From a virus (taxonomy: Duplodnaviria; Caudoviricetes), in the IMG/VR virus record IMGVR_UViG_3300030433_003165, positions 1 to 32,570 of that record: a DNA stretch of 32,570 nt. One strand, written 5' to 3'. The notes below the pieces were generated by a model. It saw only the letters and a list, made by a program, of their open reading frames with translations, searched no databases and was not told the DNA's origin. Position numbers and translations under genes: made by a program. Below, in pieces: positions 1 to 7,500 of this stretch (the stretch's first letter is position 1; each line of letters starts with the position of its first letter).

Positions 1-90
1 GGACTATGGGAATATTACTTTCACGAAAAGGTTCCAGTCGATTACGAGGTATGTGACCACCGAAGGGAATTGGAAGATGTAAGTTATTAA
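1..90 (+). CDS. 3' end of an upstream hypothetical gene (partial; frame 1 reads GLWEYYFHEKVPVDYEVCDHRRELEDVSY*)
   Basis: Frame is open from base 1 to TAA at 88-90 and is followed by a hairpin. Frame 2 is also open to a TAA near 80-82, so the frame is uncertain. Confidence 0.4.
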   Translation, partial: GLWEYYFHEKVPVDYEVCDHRRELEDVSY

Positions 91-96
91 TCATAG

Positions 97-117
97 GGGG
101 TTCTTCGGAACCCCTTT
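97..117 (+). terminator. GC-rich hairpin with C(UUCG)G tetraloop; probable intrinsic terminator or RNA stability hairpin
   Basis: GGGGTTC-TTCG-GAACCCC (97-114) is a perfect 7-bp stem with the extra-stable UUCG loop typical of T4-like intergenic hairpins. The U-tract is short (TTT). Confidence 0.7.
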
Positions 118-144
118 ACAATGCCTCTAAATATCGTGTATAAT
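115..144 (+). promoter_or_regulatory. sigma70-type (early) promoter
   Basis: -35 TTTACA (115-120), 18-nt spacer, perfect -10 TATAAT (139-144). It lies upstream of GGAG (157-160) and ATG 174. Confidence 0.7.
127..133 (+). promoter_or_regulatory. T4-type late promoter (CTAAATA) nested in the early promoter spacer
   Basis: Matches the TAAATA core found before the other structural genes in this window. Confidence 0.55.
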
Positions 145-173
145 GATGAATGAAATGGAGTGATTTCTAACTC

Positions 174-962
174 ATGGCCAAAGGATTTACAGTAAAAGCG
201 GCAAAGCCTAAGACTGGTAATAAAAAGGAGAATACACCAGACTGGGACTATACTGCCATTAAAGAACGAATGCGTGGTAAGACAGTTGTCTTCTGTCTGC
301 CAGGTCGTGGTTGTTCATACACCTTTATGAAGAACTTCGTTCAACTGTGTTTTGACATGGTTCAAAACCAGATGAGTATTCAGATCTCTCAAGACTATAG
401 TTCCATGGTGAACTTTGCTCGTTGTAAGTGTCTGGGTGCTAACGTACTCCGTGGTCCTGATCAGATTCCCTGGGACGGTAAACTGGAGTATGACTATCAA
501 CTCTGGATTGATAGTGACATTGTCTTCAACACTGAGAAGTTCTGGCAACTCTGTGACATGGCCATCGATGCAGAAGGCAATCAGAAAGAGATTGTGGCTG
601 GATGGTATTCGACTGAAGATGGTCGTACCACCTCTGTGGCACACTGGTTGGAAGAGGATGACTTCCGTTCCAATGGTGGTGTCATGAACCACGAGATGGT
701 TGATGGTATTCAGAAACGTAAGAAGCCTTTCACTGTTGACTACACTGGTTTCGGTTGGGTCATGATTCAGAAGGGTGTCTTCGAGAATGAGAAGATGAAG
801 TATCCCTGGTTCGCTCCTAAGATGCAGGTCTTTGAATCTGGAGCTGTTCAGGATATGTGTGGTGAAGACGTATCGTTCTGTCTCGATGCAATTGAGGCAG
901 GTTATGATATCTGGTGTGACCCTCGTATTCGTGTGGGTCATGAAAAAACTCGTGTGATCTGA
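174..962 (+). CDS. Putative glycosyltransferase, GT-A fold (GT2-like), 262 aa
   Basis: Shows the GT-A motif order: N-terminal VVFCLPG strand, NFARC helix, LWIDSDIVF (DxD), TGFGWVMIQKGVFE, GEDVSFC and C-terminal DPRIRVGH. Has a GGAG RBS and strongly biased codons. Confidence 0.75.
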   Translation: MAKGFTVKAAKPKTGNKKENTPDWDYTAIKERMRGKTVVFCLPGRGCSYTFMKNFVQLCFDMVQNQMSIQISQDYSSMVNFARCKCLGANVLRGPDQIPWDGKLEYDYQLWIDSDIVFNTEKFWQLCDMAIDAEGNQKEIVAGWYSTEDGRTTSVAHWLEEDDFRSNGGVMNHEMVDGIQKRKKPFTVDYTGFGWVMIQKGVFENEKMKYPWFAPKMQVFESGAVQDMCGEDVSFCLDAIEAGYDIWCDPRIRVGHEKTRVI

Positions 963-970
963 GGTAAATT

Positions 971-1117
971 ATGGCAAAAGTTAAAAAGTCTCTACTGGGT
1001 ACAACGTTCATCGAAGCGACCCCCAAGAAAACCCGTCAGGGTTCAGGACAACACACCAAGTACGCAGCATCTTCAAGAAACGCCAAGAAGAAGCGTTACC
1101 GTGGTCAAGGACGATAA
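971..1117 (+). CDS. Small highly basic protein, 48 aa (MAKVKKSLLGTTFIEATPKKTRQGSGQHTKYAASSRNAKKKRYRGQGR); not in the ORF track
   Basis: GAGG RBS at 961-964, ATG 971, TAA 1115-1117, followed by a terminator. Contains 14 K/R against 1 acidic residue. The C-terminal KKRYRGQG resembles small basic proteins I recall from marine phages. Confidence 0.85.
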   Translation: MAKVKKSLLGTTFIEATPKKTRQGSGQHTKYAASSRNAKKKRYRGQGR

Positions 1118-1123
1118 TATTAC

Positions 1124-1149
1124 AGACCCTACATATTAGGGTCTTTTTT
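1124..1149 (+). terminator. Rho-independent terminator
   Basis: AGACCCTA-CATAT-TAGGGTCT (8-bp stem) followed by a T-run, immediately after the stop of 971-1117. Confidence 0.85.
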
Positions 1150-1156
1150 ATTGCAT

Positions 1157-1813
1157 ATGGCTTCTTTGATTTGCAACCTCCCATCGGTTGAAGTATGGGT
1201 AAGAAAGGAATACCTCACTGACCATCAATCTGGTCACGGCGAGTTCGTCAAGGGGGTCTGGGTGTCTTGTAAGTCTATCCCAGGACGTGCATTCTACTTT
1301 GAGACATATCTCCCTGAGTATGCCGCAATGTATGATAAGTTACCAATTAGTGCATTCCTGTCAGAACCAGTGACACCTGACCCTGACATGAACCTACCAA
1401 ACCTACAGTTTTGGAACTGTATGGATTATGGTGTCGTAAGTATTGCAAAACAGTTCATCGGATCGATGGACTTTGAACTATATACAAGAGATCATGGAAT
1501 TCAAAAGGGTACATACATTTGTACCATCGACAACTATCATGCAGATCCTGATGTGATTGATTATGCAACATCTGAGAATCCTGCTGAACATAAGTCTCAT
1601 AACCTGATTGAGTTGGACAATGGTCAATATGCCTTGTATCCAAACAATCGAATGAGAATCTTTGATAATAGTCTCACACCTGTAGATCCCAAGATGCCTG
1701 ATTTCAAGGTATCGACTGAGTTCTATTCTGTAGAGAATGGATTTGAAAGACTGGGTATGGGTCGTGAGGACGAATACTTCTGGAAAACTGCTAAGGAGAG
1801 AGAAAATGAGTGA
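1157..1813 (+). CDS. Conserved hypothetical phage protein (~218 aa)
   Basis: Long ORF with normal codon usage. ATG 1157 (MASLICNLP...) is preferred over TTG 1151. The LICNLP...WVRKEYL and YALYPNNR motifs resemble a cyanophage hypothetical family as I recall it. Confidence 0.8.
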   Translation: MASLICNLPSVEVWVRKEYLTDHQSGHGEFVKGVWVSCKSIPGRAFYFETYLPEYAAMYDKLPISAFLSEPVTPDPDMNLPNLQFWNCMDYGVVSIAKQFIGSMDFELYTRDHGIQKGTYICTIDNYHADPDVIDYATSENPAEHKSHNLIELDNGQYALYPNNRMRIFDNSLTPVDPKMPDFKVSTEFYSVENGFERLGMGREDEYFWKTAKERENE

Positions 1814-1967
1814 CGAACTATTCCTCAGGGAAATCGCTAACGATGACCAAACTCCACGAAATAAAAGAAGACAAAACACTGACGGTCTTTTTGAAACAAC
1901 TGATTGTTCTGATCCCGATCATATCTGCACTTGTGGTGCTGAACAGATAACTCTAACCGAAGATTAG
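1806..1967 (+). CDS. Small acidic hypothetical protein, 53 aa (MSDELFLREI...CSDPDHICTC...TED)
   Basis: AGGAG RBS at about 1794-1798. ATG 1806 overlaps the end of the previous gene, and the ORF fills the gap up to the late promoter. Confidence 0.7.
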   Translation: MSDELFLREIANDDQTPRNKRRQNTDGLFETTDCSDPDHICTCGAEQITLTED

Positions 1968-1971
1968 CCTT

Positions 1972-1978
1972 CTAAATA
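1972..1978 (+). promoter_or_regulatory. T4-type late promoter (CTAAATA)
   Basis: Intergenic, 24 nt before the gp25 start. Confidence 0.75.
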
Positions 1979-2002
1979 AGGCAGAATAGTTGTATCAACC
2001 TA

Positions 2003-2404
2003 GTGCCTGCCGAAAGAGTAAGTAAAGGCTTTAAAGACATCAGTGCAAGTTTTCAGATCAATCCATTAAACGATGATCTGATTCCACTGATGAATGCTAC
2101 TGCCATTGCTCGTTCGGTTCGTAATTTGGTGTTCACGAGTCCTGGTGATGTACCTTTCAATCCTGTGTTGGGTTCTAGGGTAAGTGAATTGTTGTTTGAA
2201 CCCATGGACAACATTACATCAATTGCTCTCAAAGAAGAGATTGAAGACACCATCAAAAACTTTGAACCTAGAGTGAAACTTGAAGAGGTCCAGGTCACAC
2301 CTGACTTTGATGAGAATCAATACGATATTATCATCAAGTACATCATCATTGGTATTGATGTTGACCCACAACAACTATCCTTTGCCTTAGTACCTACCAG
2401 GTAA
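2003..2404 (+). CDS. g25: Baseplate wedge subunit gp25 (GPW/gp25 family)
   Basis: 133 aa, GTG start. Motifs FKDIS, AIARSVRNLVFT.PG..PFNP.LGS...LLFE and I.NFEPRV. Directly upstream of gp6. Confidence 0.93.
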   Translation: MPAERVSKGFKDISASFQINPLNDDLIPLMNATAIARSVRNLVFTSPGDVPFNPVLGSRVSELLFEPMDNITSIALKEEIEDTIKNFEPRVKLEEVQVTPDFDENQYDIIIKYIIIGIDVDPQQLSFALVPTR

Positions 2405-2405
2405 G

Positions 2406-4505
2406 ATGCCTTTAGTTAACTTTAGTAATCTAGATTTCGATCAGATCAAAGGGTCTATCCAAGACTATCTTCGTGCTAATTCTAATTTCACGGATTATGA
2501 CTTTGAGGGATCGAACTTATCTACGATCATTAACACCTTAGCATACAACACTTACATCACTTCGTATAACGCCAATATGGTGACGAACGAAGTGTTCATT
2601 GATAGTGCAACGTTGAGAGAGAACGTTGTATCACTGGCACGTAATGTTGGATATCTCCCTAGGTCTAGAAAGGCATCTGTATGTAATATTTCATTCTCAG
2701 TTGATGTAACTGGTACTACAGCCACAACGGTTACTCTGAAGGCTGGTATTGTAGCATTGTCAAGTCGTAAGGATAACTTAACGAACAACAACCTGATATT
2801 TTCAATCGCCAACGATGTCACAGTTGCCGTCGATAGTGACGGTTATGCAAACTTCATTGATGTTGACATCTACCAGGGAACTCTGATTAAACAAACATTC
2901 AACGTATCTTCTCGAAATAAGAATCAAAGATACATTCTTCCCAATCCAGGGGTCGATACATCTCTGATGAGAGTCACGGTCAAAGAGAGTCAGACCTCTA
3001 CAGTTCAGAGAACCTTCAAACAATTTGATAGTCTGTTTGATGTAACTAATAACTCACCCGTATACTTCCTCCAAGAAATTGATAGTGAGAGATATGAGGT
3101 TATGTTCGGAGACGGAGTCTTCGGTGTTGCAGTACAAGAACCCAACTACATTGAAGTAAGTTACATCATTACTGATGGAGAATCTGGTAATGGAGTAAGT
3201 AGTCTGAGATTTGCAGGATCACTGAGAGATAATAATGGTAACACTATATCTGGTGGTGTTTCACTGATTTCAGTGAACGAGAACTCTTATGGTGGTAGTC
3301 CAATTGAAAGTGTAGAGTCGATCAAGAAGTTTGCACCACAGATCTACTCCTCACAAAATAGAGCCGTTACATCAGCCGACTTTGAGGCAATCATCCCCAC
3401 GATCTATCCTGAGACGGAATCCATCTCAGCCTTTGGTGGTGAAGAGTTGACACCACCTCGATATGGAAAAGTCTTCGTAAGTATCAAACCTACGAACGGT
3501 GTATTCCTTTCAAGTGCTATTAAGAATAATATCAAGAGTCAGATCAGTAAGTACTCTGTTGCAGGAATTGAGGTTGATATCATTGATCTCAAGTATTTGT
3601 ACATTGAGACATTTTCAAATGTTTACTACAACTCAAATCAAGCTCCTAACGCAAGTTTCGTTTCTAACTTGATTACTCAGAACATCAATGCATACGCTAA
3701 TTCAACTGAGTTAAATAAGTTTGGAGCAAGGTTTAAGTACAGTAAATTCCAGTGTGTGATTGACAATAGTCATGAGTCTATCACTTCTAATATCACGACT
3801 GTACAGATGAGAAGAGACATGGAAGCCTCTTTGAATCAGTTCGCTGAATATGAGATTTGTTTTGGTAATCGTTTCGCGATTCAGAATCACGGACACGGTA
3901 CACATGGTGGACAAATTGGATACAACATTCGTTCATCGGGATTCAAAGTAAGTGGTATCTCTGAAACCGTTTACTTGGGTGACACACCCAACCAAGACCT
4001 GAAGACAGGAACAGTCTTCCTGTTCAAACTCAACTCTCCAACTGAACCTGTCATTCTGAGAAGATCGATTGGTACTGTTGATTATATTAAGGGTGAAATT
4101 AAGTTGAACCCAATCAAAATTATTTCTACAGAGGTATTCCGTGGAACTAATATTGTTGAGGTTTCAGCTACACCTTACTCTAATGATGTCATTGGACTAC
4201 AGGATTTGTATCTCCAATTAGACCCCTTCAATACCATTGTAAATATGGTAACAGATCGAATTGAATCTGGTAGTGACGTATCGGGAACAAACTACATTGT
4301 TTCCTCTAGTGTCATCACTTCGTTGGTAAGAAGAGCTCCAGTCATCTCATCTGGAACTTCGACTTCATCATCTGACGATAGTACTTCAGGAGCCGCTCAG
4401 ATCCAAAATCGAGTTTCGATTCCTACAGTCAACCCACAATTGGCAACACCTGGTACTACAACCACATATACATCATCTTCGTCCACCAGTACATATAACT
4501 ACTAA
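2406..4505 (+). CDS. g6: Baseplate wedge subunit gp6
   Basis: Motifs LDFDQIK..I.DYL, DYDFEGSNLS, LAYNT, NEVFIDSATLRENVVSLARNVGY.P.S, FGDGVFG, ES.ESIK..AP..Y..QNRAVT..D. Confidence 0.95.
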   Translation: MPLVNFSNLDFDQIKGSIQDYLRANSNFTDYDFEGSNLSTIINTLAYNTYITSYNANMVTNEVFIDSATLRENVVSLARNVGYLPRSRKASVCNISFSVDVTGTTATTVTLKAGIVALSSRKDNLTNNNLIFSIANDVTVAVDSDGYANFIDVDIYQGTLIKQTFNVSSRNKNQRYILPNPGVDTSLMRVTVKESQTSTVQRTFKQFDSLFDVTNNSPVYFLQEIDSERYEVMFGDGVFGVAVQEPNYIEVSYIITDGESGNGVSSLRFAGSLRDNNGNTISGGVSLISVNENSYGGSPIESVESIKKFAPQIYSSQNRAVTSADFEAIIPTIYPETESISAFGGEELTPPRYGKVFVSIKPTNGVFLSSAIKNNIKSQISKYSVAGIEVDIIDLKYLYIETFSNVYYNSNQAPNASFVSNLITQNINAYANSTELNKFGARFKYSKFQCVIDNSHESITSNITTVQMRRDMEASLNQFAEYEICFGNRFAIQNHGHGTHGGQIGYNIRSSGFKVSGISETVYLGDTPNQDLKTGTVFLFKLNSPTEPVILRRSIGTVDYIKGEIKLNPIKIISTEVFRGTNIVEVSATPYSNDVIGLQDLYLQLDPFNTIVNMVTDRIESGSDVSGTNYIVSSSVITSLVRRAPVISSGTSTSSSDDSTSGAAQIQNRVSIPTVNPQLATPGTTTTYTSSSSTSTYNY

Positions 4506-4514
4506 TATCAGAAA

Positions 4515-7500
4515 ATGGCAGTCGATAGAGTCAAGTTCCAGGATATTGTTGAGAGTCAGTTTCCTAGATATGTTCTGGAGGACTTCCCTCTTCTTCCAGA
4601 GTTTTTCAAACAATACTATAAGTCTCAGGAATATCAAGGTGGTACCTTTGACCTGATTCAAAATATTGATCAATATGTGAAAGTTGATCAGTTGTTTGAC
4701 CTCAAGTCCTCGACCACCTTGAATGGTGACCTGGATTACACTGCCACAACCATCCCCACATCATCCCTTACAGACTTTACCGATGGGTTTCCTGAGACCA
4801 ATGGTCTGATCAAGATTGATGATGAGATTATTCATTATGAGTCGATTAGTAATAATTCTTTTGTAAATTGTACCAGAGGGTTCAGTGGTATCACGACTTA
4901 TGTCTCTGGACATATGCCGGACTCTCTGACCTTTGAGGACACTGAGACCGATACTCATGAGGATGGTGCAACCATCCAAAACCTCAACATCATCTTTCTT
5001 CAGGAGTTCTTTAAGAAACTGAAGAACCAGGTGGTTCCAGGATTTAATGAGAGATCACTAAACTCTGGTGTTGATCAAAGAAACTTCATCTATAACGTAG
5101 ATAGTTTCTACAAATCAAAAGGTACAGATCAATCTTTCAAGATTCTGTTCAGAGCTTTGTTTGGTGAAGAAGTTGAAATCATCAAACCAAGTGAATTCCT
5201 GTTCAGACCTTCTGATGCCGACTATAAAGTCACACAGGATTATGTCGTAGAGAGTATCATCGGTGATCCTCTTCAACTCAAGAACCTCACATTGTTCCAA
5301 GACTCTACAGGAGCCAGGGGTTCAGTATCTGATGTCAACCCTATCACCTTTGGTGATGGTCAATACTATCAGGTTTCTATTGACTATGGTTTTGCTCGTG
5401 ACATCAGTGTTAGGGGATCTATCTTTGGTGAGTTTCAACCAAACCCTAAAACCAAAATTCTCAACACGATTGGTGCAGGTGTAACCATTATTGATGTTGA
5501 TTCTACTATCGGATTCCCTGAAACTGGTAATCTTGTTCTTGAAGATTCGGTTGGTGACCTTGTTGCAATTGCATATACTGGTAAGAGTGTCAACCAGTTC
5601 TTTAATGTATCTGGTGTTGCCGAAGAATTCGTAAAGAAGACGAATATTCGTTTGGATGATCAGTCCTATGCATATGTCGGAGTTGATACCAGTAACCCCA
5701 TTCAGGTTCGTATTACATCAACACTTAAAGAATTCAAACTGAATGATGATTCCTATTCTTATGCGGAAGGTGATACAATCAATATTCAATCTCTTGGTAT
5801 CGAGAGAGGTGATGAGAGATCTCAGAACTGGTATTCCAATGTTAAGACTCAATGGAATATTGAAAGTATTGACCTGGTTGACGAACTCGAACAGTCTTAC
5901 AACATCACTTTGTTTGACAACCACTTCCTGAGACCTGGTTATGAAATCATTCTGATCAGTAACAGTGGTCTTCAACTCCCTGGTGTTGTTATTCGTTCTT
6001 CTTCATCCACATCATTCCTGACAAAACTGGCTGCCAACATTGGCAGTATTCAATACAACAAAGTAGAAAACCAAATCCTGAAGGGTGACTCTGGTAAGTA
6101 TCCTAAACTCAATGAGTTTATCGGAAACGTTCAAAACGTTTATCAGAAGTTCAATGGTGATGTTGCAGTTGCATCTAACTCAATTCCAAACTATTCCAAT
6201 ATCTTCACTGATCCTTACGACAAGAAGATCACATTCAGTGGAAGTTCTGATGATCAAGAGACCCTGGTCGTAGCTACAAGTGGTGACCATGGATTCGTCA
6301 CTGGTGATGCCATTATCTACAAACCTGGTATTATCAAAACCACTACCATCTCTCCTGATGGTATTACAATCACACAAGAAACTGAAAGTAAGTTTCAGAA
6401 TGTAGACGAAAATGTTTATTACATTAAGAGAGTAAACTCAACGAGTTTTAAACTTGCAAGATCTAGAGCTGATATCTTCTCTAACAAATATGTAAGTCTC
6501 TCTGGTGAAGTTGTTGATAATCAATTCGTTTACTTTGATTTCTCTAACAAAAACGTTTCTCCACAGAGTATTGTCAGAGAGATTCTAACACCTGATAATA
6601 AGTCTGGTAATTATGAGACTGATCCTGGTTATACAGGTATTCTCATCAATGGTGTAGAGATTCTGAATTATAAGTCCAGTGATTCAATTAAGTATGGAGA
6701 CATCAGATCTCTTGAGATTACTGGTGCTGGTGAAGGATACGATGTCATCAACCCTCCTGTATTGGACATTGTTGATGGTTATGGTAGTGGTGCAGAAGGT
6801 GTTGTATCCGTTGAAGGTAGTCTTGAAGGTATCAATATCATTGACCGTGGTTTTGATTATCTGGAACCTCCTACCGTCACAATCAGTGGTGGCTCTCCAG
6901 ATGTAGAGGCCAAGGCTGAAGTGAACATGACAAGTATTGTTCACTCACTCACATTCAACTCTGAGTTTACTGCAAAGAGAGTCAACATCGGTAATGATAC
7001 GATTGGATTCTCGACCTTCCACAAATTGAATGAAGGAGATAAAGTTCAGTATGACGCCAAAGATGGTACACCCATCGTTGGTCTTTCAACAAATGCATAC
7101 TATCATGTGTCAATTGTTGATACATCCACAATCAAACTCCACAAGACTGTAAGAGATGCAGCAGCCGGAATCAATACCGTTGATATTCAGGGATTTGGAA
7201 CTGGTGTTCATGCAATCACAGCTGTCGGTGGTAGATCGATTGTATCTAATATTGTTATCACAAACCCTGGTAGTGGATATAAAAACAGAAAGAGAAACAT
7301 TCCTGCAGCAGGTATCAATACTGCACAGAATCGTTTCGAGATTACTAACCATGGTTACTCGTCTGGTGAAATTATCAAGTACTCCACTACATCTAGTGGT
7401 ATCGAAGGACTTTCCACATCTGAAGAGTACTACGTCGTTAAGGTAGATGATGATAACTTCTCCCTGTCTTTGGTAGGAACTGGTAACACTGACAAGAGGT

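Noticed and set aside
315-941. 208-aa minus-strand ORF, and similar long antisense ORFs (7110-7766, 15708-16487, 20579-21199, 25712-26290, 30595-31254)
   Set aside because: They lie wholly opposite recognisable + strand genes and have no recognisable motifs. They are expected shadows when TTA/CTA/TCA codons are scarce on the sense strand.
1151-1156. TTG start at 1151 given by the ORF track
   Set aside because: It abuts the terminator T-run; the in-frame ATG at 1157 is more plausible.
1737-1805. Upstream extension of the 1737-1967 ORF
   Set aside because: It overlaps the previous gene by more than 70 nt; ATG 1806 has a good AGGAG RBS.
7158-7325. AAGINT occurring twice about 150 nt apart as a possible DNA tandem duplication
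   Set aside because: The codons differ and the flanks do not match. Treated as part of the peptide-level motif finding.
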